Source: a virus (lineage: Duplodnaviria > Caudoviricetes). Taken from it: a DNA stretch of 64,000 nucleotides. Positions within the stretch are counted from its first letter, which is position 1. Each line of letters starts with the position of its first letter. Location of the stretch: positions 35,146-99,145 of the IMG/VR virus record IMGVR_UViG_2933096044_000001. One strand, 5' to 3'. This document shows, in pieces, positions 46,562-55,656 of the stretch. A model generated the notes under the pieces. The model searched no databases. It was not told where the DNA came from and saw only the letters and a program-made list of their open reading frames with translations. The position numbers and the translations under genes were made by a program.

Positions 46562-48109
46562 TTATACCTCCGGCTTCGCAATGCGACGCCCTACCTGCAC
46601 GTTCCAACGCTTGCGTAGCCACTCCACCAGCCCGTACGAGTTGATTCCCCCAAATATCACGAAAGCGATCCCTGCCCCTACACCCGTGTCCTGGGACGTC
46701 TCCAACCCTCCCCAGAACAACAGGCCGAGCGGCGGCACCCATGTACGAACCTGCGAGCGCAGCACCCAGCACAAAAAACCCATGCATGAGGCGGCAGCAG
46801 AGCGTGCCCAGCAGGAGATACGCGAGTGCAGACCAGCGTAAAGAATGCCAGCGGCGTAGTTGAGAGCATGCCCACGCCCGTTTCCTCCGATGAGTTGGAG
46901 AAGCGCCTCTTTCCACTCCTCACCCCGCTCTGGTTCGACAGCTAAGATCGCACCCCATTCACAGAGGCGGCGAACTGCCGGTGAGGGCTTACCAGTCGCT
47001 TTATTACCGATGGATAGCTTAAGGCTCTCTTCCCGCGCTTCAGCGGGGCGTGGGTAACCGTGATTGGCCGCGAGTTTGTAGTAGAACCTGGCGATGTCAA
47101 GCTGCCCGGGTCCTGTACGTTCGTAGGCGCGGGCATACAAGAGGGCTGCATTTGCCGCGAACTCAATCGGGTCTGAGTCGTTCGCCAGGGCTTCGGCTTG
47201 GGGGTGTTGTTGCTGGCACGCGGCATTGGTCCAGTAGCGGGCCTCCGCGGACTCGCCGGTCAGCACGTGGATGACCGCCAGCCGGTACGCGGACTCCGCG
47301 TCGCCGTCGCCCGCCAGACGGACCAGGCGCGCGACGGTCCTGGTGGTGCGCCGTTCGGCCTCGTCCGCGGCGGTGCCGTAGAGGTCGTACGAGCCGGTGG
47401 CGTGCAGCCGGGGCTGCTCATTCCTGGCCGCGCTCCAGCGGGCCTGCCACTGCTCGACGCTGCCGAGGCCGTTGATGGGCAGCCCCGTGCCCTCGGCGTG
47501 GCGGTGGCACACCATCACGAAGGAGGCAACCACCTCCCAGCCGGGCAGACGTTCCCGCTTGCCGTTGAGGATGTCGTGGAGGGTGCTCGCCGCAAGTTCC
47601 CTGGGGACGCCGTGAGCACGGGACAACCGGTGCATCTGGGCATAGCTCGGCTGCCCTGCCGACTCACGCAGCTCCACGAGCGCGGCGGTAAAAGTGCCCC
47701 CAGGCGCACCATCAGCCACCGGGTGAACTACTCTCGCGACGTTTTTGGTGGTGCGCCGTTCGGCCTCGTCCGCGGGGGTGCCGTAGAGGTCGTACGAGCC
47801 GGTGGCGTGCAGCCGGGGCTGCTCATTCCTGGCCGCGCTCCAGCGGGCCTGCCACTGCTCGACGCTGCCGAGGCCGTTGATGGGCAGCCCCGTGCCCTCG
47901 GCGTGGCGGTGGCACACCATCACGAAGGAGGCAACCACCTCCCAGCCGGGCAGACGTTCCCGCTTGCCGTTGAGGATGTCGTGGAGGGTGCTCGCCGCAA
48001 GTTCCCTGGGGACGCCGTGAGCACGGGACAACCGGTGCATCTGGGCATAGCTCGGCTGCCCTGCCGACTCACGCAGCTCCACGAGCGCGCCCTGGAAAGC
48101 CGACGTCAT
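46562..48109 (-). CDS. duplicated HTH plus SEL1-like repeats plus TM protein coupled to PadR
   Basis: two copies of L.ELR..AG.PSY...STL.D.L.G.R..LP.W; A..GD.E.AY.L; EEW motif; C-terminal TM. Confidence 0.75.
   Translation of the reverse strand: MTSAFQGALVELRESAGQPSYAQMHRLSRAHGVPRELAASTLHDILNGKRERLPGWEVVASFVMVCHRHAEGTGLPINGLGSVEQWQARWSAARNEQPRLHATGSYDLYGTPADEAERRTTKNVARVVHPVADGAPGGTFTAALVELRESAGQPSYAQMHRLSRAHGVPRELAASTLHDILNGKRERLPGWEVVASFVMVCHRHAEGTGLPINGLGSVEQWQARWSAARNEQPRLHATGSYDLYGTAADEAERRTTRTVARLVRLAGDGDAESAYRLAVIHVLTGESAEARYWTNAACQQQHPQAEALANDSDPIEFAANAALLYARAYERTGPGQLDIARFYYKLAANHGYPRPAEAREESLKLSIGNKATGKPSPAVRRLCEWGAILAVEPERGEEWKEALLQLIGGNGRGHALNYAAGILYAGLHSRISCWARSAAASCMGFLCWVLRSQVRTWVPPLGLLFWGGLETSQDTGVGAGIAFVIFGGINSYGLVEWLRKRWNVQVGRRIAKPEV
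47341..48089. repeat. 344-bp direct repeat (47341-47684 / 47746-48089)
   Basis: 405-bp offset; one mismatch seen. Confidence 0.9.
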
Positions 48110-48408
48110 TGTGCCCACCTCGGTCGAATGCTTGGAGATGTCGCCTCCATGGCCTGCATTGCCGAAAGACCTTCACCAGCCAACTCGTACATGCGACGTC
48201 GGGGGCCTCGAGTGTCGTCTTGGGCCCAGTATGCGCGGACCCATCCAACTCGTTCGAGTCGCGTGAGGATGGGATAGACGGTCCCCGGCCCGAGTCCGGT
48301 GATCTTGCAGATCTCCAGACCGTAGGTGGCACCACCGTGAGAGGCGGCAGCCTGGAGCATTTCTAGCACCTCTCGAGTAGTTCTTGTCATGCGGATGGTT
48401 GATCCCAT
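48106..48408 (-). CDS. PadR-family regulator
   Basis: TYGLEI...GL.PGTVYPIL.RLE..GWV...RRRMYEL..EG. Confidence 0.9.
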   Translation of the reverse strand: MGSTIRMTRTTREVLEMLQAAASHGGATYGLEICKITGLGPGTVYPILTRLERVGWVRAYWAQDDTRGPRRRMYELAGEGLSAMQAMEATSPSIRPRWAQ

Positions 48409-48511
48409 TGCAGCTCCGTTATCGTCCTCGATCTATATCGAGATAGCGTACCCAGCCAACGGTGGGCTCGCCGGGAAAGTTCCAGACTAGGAAGGCGTTA
48501 CGAACGCGCAA

Positions 48512-48539
48512 GGGCGGGGCTGGCCACGCAGCCCCGCCC
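48512..48539 (-). terminator. hairpin terminator
   Basis: GGGCGGGGCTG-N6-CAGCCCCGCCC after HU gene. Confidence 0.6.
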
Positions 48540-48555
48540 ATCCCTACTCAGCCGT

Positions 48556-48834
48556 CTACGGCGCCAGCTCCGCCACAGCGGCCTTGAAGCTGGTGCCGGC
48601 GTCAAACTTCGGGCGGTACTTGGCCTCGGCCCGGACCATCTCCCCCGTAGACGGCACGCGCACGTCGCGCGCCGGCGACAGGATCGGCTTGAACGTGCCG
48701 AACCCCTTGAACTGCACTTCGTTCCCGGCCGCCACCTCAGCCTTGATGTAGTCGAGCAGGGCGTTCAGGGTCGTGGTCGGCACGCTCAGAGCTGCAGCAA
48801 CGTCGGCCTTCGTCCTCTTGGTTTTCTGCGTCAT
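48556..48834 (-). CDS. HU/IHF-like DNA-binding protein
   Basis: G.EV...GFGTF.....AR..R.P.TGE....A...PKF..G..FK..V. Confidence 0.9.
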   Translation of the reverse strand: MTQKTKRTKADVAAALSVPTTTLNALLDYIKAEVAAGNEVQFKGFGTFKPILSPARDVRVPSTGEMVRAEAKYRPKFDAGTSFKAAVAELAP

Positions 48835-48883
48835 GTTGGTTCTCCCGCCTCTTCCATGCATACAGGGCCAGCGTAGCCCATTT

Positions 48884-48903
48884 CGCCATCGATACCGCTG
48901 GCG
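48884..48903. promoter_or_regulatory. motif copy 10
   Basis: CGCCATCG ATAC CGCTGGCG, flanked by TTT/AAA. Confidence 0.75.
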
Positions 48904-48918
48904 AAAGTAGATACTTAA

Positions 48919-49362
48919 CTAGGTCAGAGCCGGCTGATACGCCGCCGGAAGGTTGTCTGTCCGCGCGAGTCGCCACCACCAAACTCCCTGTTCAGCCTTG
49001 TAGCCGCGGGCGTTGACGGTGCGATGCTCCGAGACGGCCAGGCCCTCCCGCGTCATGCGCTCCAGCGTGCACCTCAGCGCGTTGTCGCGATTGAGCAGGA
49101 CCCTGGACAGTTCTCCGTCTGTGAACCAAGCGTCGGGGTAGCGGCGCAGGTGCTCCAGCACGAGCGGCATCCATAGCGCGTAGTAGTCGGGCCTGCGAGG
49201 GCCTTCCAGGTGGAACCGGTATCGCTCAACCGTCCGGTCTGTGACGCCGAGCCGTTTCGCGATCGACGGCACCGGCTCGTTGGCCTCCCACAGCTCCCGG
49301 AATGCCTCGAACTTGGCCTTCTTGTGCTTGCGCATCCTCGGCAGTTCAGCCGCCGGCGTCAC
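48919..49362 (-). CDS. HTH protein
   Basis: IAKRLGVTDRTVERY plus wHTH-like C-half. Confidence 0.6.
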   Translation of the reverse strand: MTPAAELPRMRKHKKAKFEAFRELWEANEPVPSIAKRLGVTDRTVERYRFHLEGPRRPDYYALWMPLVLEHLRRYPDAWFTDGELSRVLLNRDNALRCTLERMTREGLAVSEHRTVNARGYKAEQGVWWWRLARTDNLPAAYQPALT

Positions 49363-49634
49363 GGCTGGACCTCCTCGATCATCGCGGCGGCCTTAGCGTG
49401 CGCCTCCTTCCACGTCAGGCCCTCGGCCTCAACGAGCGCCCTGATCAGGTTGTGCCATGCGATGGCGGCCGTCTCGGCGAACGAGATCATCGCCGCAGGG
49501 CCGAGCGTCAGCGCGATCGACAAGAGCCACGTCTCGAACTCCGCGCGGGCGGAAAGATGGCCAAGGTAGCTATGGCGGCAGACAGTGATCGAGCGCCCGC
49601 ACGGCGGGCAGATCGTGCTGTCGAGCTGCGTCAT
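49359..49634 (-). CDS. hypothetical protein
   Basis: coupled ORF. Confidence 0.45.
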   Translation of the reverse strand: MTQLDSTICPPCGRSITVCRHSYLGHLSARAEFETWLLSIALTLGPAAMISFAETAAIAWHNLIRALVEAEGLTWKEAHAKAAAMIEEVQP

Positions 49635-49644
49635 GATCTTCTCC

Positions 49645-50407
49645 CTAGAACAGAGCCTCCTGCCGAACGGACAGGTCCGGCTCGCCCTGTACGGCCCGCA
49701 CGCTGCAACCAGGCCCAGCCGTCGTCAGCAGGTAGGAGGAATCGGTGATGTCGCCAATCGGCGCATCGACGTCGAAAAGCCGCTGGTCGGACCGCTCGAC
49801 GACCCGCCGCCACGCGAGCACGTCGGGCAGGTTCTTGTCGGGCGCGTACCGCATGTAGGTGCCGTCCACGCTGTTGCAGCCGATCCGGGCGGCGTAACCA
49901 GTACCGTCGCAGGCTGTTCACCCGCCCCATGTGGACGAGCTGGCCGTAGTCGGCCGCGGCCTGGGCGAACGCGGCGGCGACCGGCGACAACTTGAACGCG
50001 GTGGTCCCAGCGATGAACAAGCAGTCGAACTCGTCGTACAGCTCGACCGGGTCGCGGTCCATGTCGGCGTAGTCCTGCAAGGCGAACGCGGCTAGAAAGC
50101 CGAGGTCGCGGATGCAGCGCAGCATGTCGCGCGACCGGGCCCACGTGCGAGGGTGGTGGCCAGGCACGTCGGGCGCGACCGCGAACAGACACCATTCGCG
50201 CAGGTGGCGGAGCTTGCGGAGCATGGACAGGTAGGCGTTATCGCCGGGGTAGGTTCCGGCGAACGCGCCGTTGTCGATGCAGAACTGCCAGCCCTCTTCG
50301 ATCACGTTGCCCTGGGCGGGGCTGGTGATCGCGCCGAGCCGGCCCGCGCGGATGTGCGCGCGGATCGGCTCGGTCGAGGGCGGCGTCATGTAGAGCGGCG
50401 CCCGCAT
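49645..50407 (-). pseudogene. DpdA-like (TGT-fold) 7-deazaguanine DNA transglycosylase, 1-bp frameshift at 49896-49897
   Basis: IDNGAF, AVAPDV, ALQD, LFIAG...FKL, VHMGRVNS then shifted YAARIGCNSVDGT. Confidence 0.75.
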
Positions 50408-50423
50408 GATCCCTTCTTTCTGC

Positions 50424-50747
50424 TCATGACGACGCCCCGATCAGTGCGGCGGCGGCCAGCTCGACCGCGACCGCCTTAGCCTGGCCGCGCGTCAGCTTCA
50501 GAGGCAGCCGCCTGCGGGGCCGCTTCCTGCTGAGCACGTACACGGTGTTGGTGACGGCGCGGTAGCGGGCAGTGCCGCCGTTCAGTCGACCGAACTGCAG
50601 GGCTGTGTTCAGCTCGTGCACCACGGCGCATGCGTTGGGCGCGTGGAAGCGCCACTTGTCCAGCCCAGGTACGGGGATGCTGCCGCTTTCTCCGACGAGC
50701 CAGATGCGGCCATCGTGGTCGTGCTCGTAGGAGTCGATGGTGCTCAC
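50424..50747 (-). CDS. hypothetical protein
   Basis: GTG with AAGGAG RBS. Confidence 0.5.
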   Translation of the reverse strand: MSTIDSYEHDHDGRIWLVGESGSIPVPGLDKWRFHAPNACAVVHELNTALQFGRLNGGTARYRAVTNTVYVLSRKRPRRRLPLKLTRGQAKAVAVELAAAALIGASS

Positions 50748-50804
50748 TGGTCTTTCTCTCCTTGCTGGTTTGGGGTGCCCGCCCCGGGCTGGGGCGGGGA
50801 TGAC

Positions 50805-50824
50805 CGTATGCGCTACCGCTGGCG
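50805..50824. promoter_or_regulatory. motif copy 11
   Basis: CGTATGCG CTAC CGCTGGCG. Confidence 0.75.
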
Positions 50825-50839
50825 GAATGTGATTCTTGA

Positions 50840-51289
50840 TCAGGATTTCCGGGCGACCAGGAGCCATGACGGCGCGGCCGGCTCGGGAATGCCCAGCGCG
50901 TCGAGGGCGGCCCTCAGCGCCGCAGTGCAGTCGTTCTCGCACTGGACGAACTCTCGGAGGTCCATAGGCTCAGCCGCGTTCCGGTCGGACGCGATGGTGC
51001 GGTGTGCGGCAAGTAGCCATCCCTCACGGTGCTCGCTGCCGTACCAGACCATGTGAACGCCCCACAGGTCTTCCGCCAGGTCTCCGTCTTCGCCGTCACG
51101 GATCGGGCGTTCGCCCTTGAGCGTGACAAGGTGGGCCGCGGCCTGCTCGCCGAAGTTGAGCTCGTCGGGGTCGGACGGGTTGTACCAGTCCACGGCCGGC
51201 TGGCCGTGGCGAGTGGGGAACTTCCAGCCGAGGGGTTCGGCGGGTCCGCCGAGGTCGTATCCGAAGACGACCATTCCGGTTGCAATCAT
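50840..51289 (-). CDS. hypothetical protein
   Basis: FGYDLGGP...W motif, RBS. Confidence 0.55.
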   Translation of the reverse strand: MIATGMVVFGYDLGGPAEPLGWKFPTRHGQPAVDWYNPSDPDELNFGEQAAAHLVTLKGERPIRDGEDGDLAEDLWGVHMVWYGSEHREGWLLAAHRTIASDRNAAEPMDLREFVQCENDCTAALRAALDALGIPEPAAPSWLLVARKS

Positions 51290-51301
51290 GGTGGACTCCT
51301 C

Positions 51302-51321
51302 TGCCAGCGGTGGTGCTGGCG
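51302..51321. promoter_or_regulatory. motif copy 12
   Basis: TGCCAGCG GTGG TGCTGGCG. Confidence 0.65.
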
Positions 51322-53217
51322 TTAGGCGATGAGGGTGTAGTCGTGGGCGAACCGGTCGAACTCAGTGCCGACGATCGCTTCGATGACGGCGCAGGCGAGG
51401 ATTTCCGCCATGGGCGGCGGCACGGCGTTCCCGATGAGCCGGACCTTGTGCCGCTGGCTGTTGGCGACGAACTTGTAGTCGTCGGGGAAGCTCTGCGCCC
51501 TGCGCAGTTCGTGCAGCTTGAGCATTCGGAACAGGATCGGCGACACGTCGATCATGTCCGGGGTGATCTCGCCGCTGGTGGCGAGCAGCGCCCACCTGTC
51601 GCGTGTGGGGAGGGTGCCCACCGGTTCGCTTGTCGGCGTGGTTCCGCCGTTGCCGTAGTAGGCCATGAGTAGGGATCTCAGCCCGTCCGGGACGCTGACC
51701 AGCGACTGATGCCCCGTGGACGTGATAGTCCGCGCGGGCTCACCCGTGCTGGTGCAGTGCTCCTTCCCATCGCCCTTGCTGCCGTTGTTGCGCATCAGGA
51801 ACGCGGGCGGTGCCCAGTCGGGGTGCACGCCGAGCCCGTGGTAGAAGCCGCTCGCGGTGACGCAGTGCGCGGGGTCCTCGAATGCGGGCCTCGACTTCAG
51901 GGCGTCGCCGCCGCCGCGCATCGGGAACACGAGCGGCTCCATGTCCGGCTTCGACACGAGCGCGTGGTTGGAGCCGTCCGCGACGAGCGTCGCCGTGGGG
52001 TCTGTGGACGGGTCGAACGTCCGTACCCGGTCGGATCGGAACAGGCTGAGGAACGAGTCGGGAGGGAAAGCGACGGCGTCTTCCAGGCGGGTCGTGCTGG
52101 TCCGCTTGGGGTCGCTGGCCGGCCGCGCCATCTTGCCTTCGCGGCCTTCGCATGGGACGACGAGGGCCTGCGACTCCCGCGTGGTCAACGTCCGCGCCGG
52201 GTCGGTGACGCTCGTTGGGTCGTCGTTCCAGGTGCCGCCCGCGGGCGACAGGAACGGCGTGATCCAGTGCTTCATCACACCGGCGCGGACGCGGTCGAGC
52301 GTCTTCGGCGCCATGCCCTCCGGCTTGGCCTTCGTCTTCTTACGACTGCCGATAGGCGTGCCGAGGTCGGTCCAGTCGATCGTTGCCGCCGCAGGCAGGA
52401 CGGGGGGCTGCACCTCTTGGTTGCCGCATGACGGCTGCGGACACACGTACAGGTATTGGCCGTGCTTGCCGTAGGCGCCCATGTCCTGCCCGGGTGTCTT
52501 CCACGCCTGCCGGGCCTGGATCCATCCCTGGTGCTTGGGGCACCAGGCGAAGGGGTCGAACCACTTGGGGTAGTTCGGGACGCGGCCCACCGACTCGTGG
52601 ACGGCCGACACCATCAGCCGGTCTCGCGACTGCGGAGTGAGCTGAGTGGTACGCCCTTGGGCGTGCATGGCGTTGAGCGCGTGCACCTGGATGATGTAGC
52701 CGAGCTTCCGCAGCTCCCGGATCCAGCGGTCCCAGTGGACCCACAAGCGTGCTTGGATCACGTTTTCCACGCCGAATCCGAGCACCGGCCGCCCATAGCG
52801 TTCCTGGCAGTAGCGCAGGTAGGTGACGACCTCCTCCATCAGCGCCCGTGACCTGACCCCGGCCTTCTCGTCCTCGGTCATGTCGTCGAGGTCCCACAAG
52901 GCCATCTGATTCTCTTTGTCGAACCACCGCTTGTCGCCGCGGGCCGTGGAGAAGCGGGGGCAGGCGGGCGAGGCCCAGAAAAACGTGGCGTACGGGAACT
53001 TCTCCACCGCGTCCGGCTTCTGGACATCGCCGAGCCAGAACTGCACGTCGGGGTGGTTCTCCATGTACGTCCACTGAGCGGGCTCGAAGTGGTTCGCGCC
53101 GAAGATCAGCTCTGTTCCGGGGACGCGCTTGATGCCGTCGCCGGAGCCTCCTGCTCCGGCGAACATCTCGGCGACGGTGACGGTGTCGATGCCCTTGTGC
53201 CGGATCAGCGTGCCCAC
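51322..53217 (-). CDS. C5-cytosine DNA methyltransferase
   Basis: FAGAGG, SPACP, VENV, QSRDR, AQSFP, IGNAVPP; repeated P..T.T...H.L inserts. Confidence 0.92.
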   Translation of the reverse strand: MGTLIRHKGIDTVTVAEMFAGAGGSGDGIKRVPGTELIFGANHFEPAQWTYMENHPDVQFWLGDVQKPDAVEKFPYATFFWASPACPRFSTARGDKRWFDKENQMALWDLDDMTEDEKAGVRSRALMEEVVTYLRYCQERYGRPVLGFGVENVIQARLWVHWDRWIRELRKLGYIIQVHALNAMHAQGRTTQLTPQSRDRLMVSAVHESVGRVPNYPKWFDPFAWCPKHQGWIQARQAWKTPGQDMGAYGKHGQYLYVCPQPSCGNQEVQPPVLPAAATIDWTDLGTPIGSRKKTKAKPEGMAPKTLDRVRAGVMKHWITPFLSPAGGTWNDDPTSVTDPARTLTTRESQALVVPCEGREGKMARPASDPKRTSTTRLEDAVAFPPDSFLSLFRSDRVRTFDPSTDPTATLVADGSNHALVSKPDMEPLVFPMRGGGDALKSRPAFEDPAHCVTASGFYHGLGVHPDWAPPAFLMRNNGSKGDGKEHCTSTGEPARTITSTGHQSLVSVPDGLRSLLMAYYGNGGTTPTSEPVGTLPTRDRWALLATSGEITPDMIDVSPILFRMLKLHELRRAQSFPDDYKFVANSQRHKVRLIGNAVPPPMAEILACAVIEAIVGTEFDRFAHDYTLIA

Positions 53218-53552
53218 GAAGCCTCCGACCTGGACCGCTCGAACGCCGTGGCGACGCGGGTCTGCGCGACGGCCTTAGCCAGCTCGCCGAGCGCGGCGGT
53301 CGGGATTCGCGCCGGCGCGGGGGCCGGGAGGTAGACGGCCCCTCCGGTGGTGAAGGTCATCGCCATGAAGTAGACGGGAGGTGCCCAGTACGCGCGCTGG
53401 CGCCATTCAGCGACGTGACTCTCGATGACGTGCGGCGTCTCCACCGTGTTGATCGCCTCGACGAGGGCCATCGCGCTGTGGTTCGCCGTCTCGCGGGCTG
53501 GCAGGGACAGCATGGGCGGCAGACCGTCCCAGCTCAGTACTGCGCCGAACAT
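53205..53552 (-). CDS. hypothetical protein
   Basis: intact ORF. Confidence 0.45.
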   Translation of the reverse strand: MFGAVLSWDGLPPMLSLPARETANHSAMALVEAINTVETPHVIESHVAEWRQRAYWAPPVYFMAMTFTTGGAVYLPAPAPARIPTAALGELAKAVAQTRVATAFERSRSEASWAR

Positions 53553-53652
53553 AGTTTCTCCGTAGGTAGTGAAGGGAATGGTCCTGCCTCGGGCGAGGCA
53601 GGACCGTACGATTGAGCAGCGGCGCGAGCCCGGTAGCGTCGGGCTCGCGCTG

Positions 53653-55311
53653 TCACTCGTTGGGCGCGGGGACGACCACGAGGACGGTGCGGACGTCCGT
53701 GCCGGAGATGGCGAACGCGTTGTCGGGCAGCGGCGCGATGTGACCGCCGCTCTTCCACACCAGGTCGCAGAACGCGAGAGTGCGCTTGTCCTGGCGGTGC
53801 GTCACGCCGGAGCTCATCACCGCGATCAGCAGTCCGCCCGGCTTCAGGAACCGCAGCGCGTGCATGACGTGCTGGATGTCCTGGCCCTTGGAGAAGGGCG
53901 GATTCATCAGCACCCGATCGAACTTCGCCGGGTACTGGTCGGGCGTCACCTCCAGGAAGTCGGCCGTTGTCAAGCCGACGATCCCGTTCACGTCGAGGAG
54001 GTTCTGCGACAGCACCGGGTACCGTTCGACGCAATGGACTTCACAGCCCTCGGCCGCGGCTGCCTTGGCCAGCGCTCCGTTCCCTGCAGAGGGCTCCAGC
54101 ACGAGCATGCTCGGCTCCAGCTCGGCCGCATCCAGCACCCGTTCGACCACAGCGGGCGGCGAGAAGAACGCGTCCGAGTCGCGCGGCGCCTCCAGGATGG
54201 CCGCCGCTATCTTCGCCGTGAGCTCGTCTACGTCCACCTTGGCAACCTGGACCTTGCGCGGCGCGGGCGCCGGGCTCGGAGGCGGAGCTGTCATGGGGAC
54301 ATCGGACGGAGACTCAGCTGCCGAGACGTTCATGTCCTCGTGCGGGCACTCCACCGACAGGATCTTCGAGAACTCGACCTTGTCCGGCCACGAGTAGCCC
54401 GACTCGACGGCGACGGTCTTCTTGTTGACCTTGAGCACCGGCCGCTTCCGTCCACGCACCCAGTACTCGACGAGGTCACCGACGTGTACGTTGTCCGGCC
54501 CCCACTCGATCCAGCCCGCGGCCTTCGCGGCCTCGAGTTGCGCCCGGTCGTACTCCAGTTGCTTTTCGAGCTGGGCTCGGCGGGCGAGCAGCCGTTCGCG
54601 GTGGTCCCCGGACGCGGGCTCATGCTTGTCGATGAAAAGCGGGTTGCCGTGGTGGTCGAGGTGGCGGCGGGTGTAGCCGGCCAGGTCCCGGTCTATCCGC
54701 TTGATCTCGTTGACGGCACTGTCGATCCTGCGTTTCGTCACGCTGGGCTTCGCCGAGTAGCGCATGTTGGCCCCGACCGCCGAGGCGCGGCCCGCGATCT
54801 CCTGCGCTGCCTTGTCCTCCCGGACGGACTTGCCCATCGCGGCGTGCATCCGCTTCTGGTCGGCCTCGTACCTCCGCTGGGAGTGGTGGCCAAGGATCTT
54901 AGGCTGGCCACCCGCGAACCGCTCGCTGATCTGGTCCGCCCGGTCATGCGCAGCTGCCGCAGCGCTGGCGTGCCGGCCGGCTTTGACTTCTAGTGCGTCG
55001 CGGCGATCTTCGAGCCGTTCGGCCTTGTCTTCCAGAACCTGGGCGCGCTCGCGCGGGGTGTCGTCGATCTCGACGGTGACCTCGAATCCGGCCGCGCGCA
55101 GAGCCTTCGCCGCGGCGTTGATGGCCCACCGGTCAGCGACCTGGTCACGCGAGTGCCGCAGCCCGATGCACGGCAGCCCTCGCCTGGCCATCGACGGGAA
55201 GTAGCGGAAGTTGCCGTTCTCCCACTTCTTGACGATCTCGTAGACGCCGTCACCCTTGGAAGTACCTTCGATGAGTGTGCCGCCCTCATGGGTGTGCCTG
55301 ATCGTGATCAA
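53653..55311 (-). CDS. DUF3560-like domain fused to N6 methyltransferase
   Basis: GQP.ILGHHS..R; VLEPSAG.G.L; MNPPFS; F..SGT.V.T. Confidence 0.85.
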   Translation of the reverse strand: MITIRHTHEGGTLIEGTSKGDGVYEIVKKWENGNFRYFPSMARRGLPCIGLRHSRDQVADRWAINAAAKALRAAGFEVTVEIDDTPRERAQVLEDKAERLEDRRDALEVKAGRHASAAAAAHDRADQISERFAGGQPKILGHHSQRRYEADQKRMHAAMGKSVREDKAAQEIAGRASAVGANMRYSAKPSVTKRRIDSAVNEIKRIDRDLAGYTRRHLDHHGNPLFIDKHEPASGDHRERLLARRAQLEKQLEYDRAQLEAAKAAGWIEWGPDNVHVGDLVEYWVRGRKRPVLKVNKKTVAVESGYSWPDKVEFSKILSVECPHEDMNVSAAESPSDVPMTAPPPSPAPAPRKVQVAKVDVDELTAKIAAAILEAPRDSDAFFSPPAVVERVLDAAELEPSMLVLEPSAGNGALAKAAAAEGCEVHCVERYPVLSQNLLDVNGIVGLTTADFLEVTPDQYPAKFDRVLMNPPFSKGQDIQHVMHALRFLKPGGLLIAVMSSGVTHRQDKRTLAFCDLVWKSGGHIAPLPDNAFAISGTDVRTVLVVVPAPNE

Positions 55312-55383
55312 TGTGCTCCTTCCCGAGCATGGGTGAGTGAGGGGCGGCGGTGGCCGCCGCCCCTGGGATGGAGTGCGCTTGGG

Positions 55384-55593
55384 CTAAGGGCGCTGGAAGG
55401 TGTAGCCGGGCGGCAGAGACACCGCCCGGCCGCAGTCGGAGCACGCGAAGCCCTCGCACTCGGCGTCGTCCTCGCCGACAGAGGCGCTGATCACGTGCTC
55501 CTCGGCGATGTAGACGGGGATCTCGCCTCCGTCTGCGGTGGTCGCCACGATCGAGTCGCCGCCGCAGCCGCTGTAGGGGCAGGCCAGACTCAT
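55384..55593 (-). CDS. small Zn-finger protein
   Basis: CP...C...C..C. Confidence 0.5.
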   Translation of the reverse strand: MSLACPYSGCGGDSIVATTADGGEIPVYIAEEHVISASVGEDDAECEGFACSDCGRAVSLPPGYTFQRP

Positions 55594-55656
55594 GCGGAGA
55601 AGCAAGGTCGGCAGATCGCGGCGGCTGGACGTCGCGTCCGGTGCGCTGTGCGCGTG

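Noticed and set aside
47341-48089. DGR template/variable repeat pair
   Set aside because: The single mismatch is C/G rather than adenine-specific, both copies are in one ORF, and no reverse transcriptase is seen
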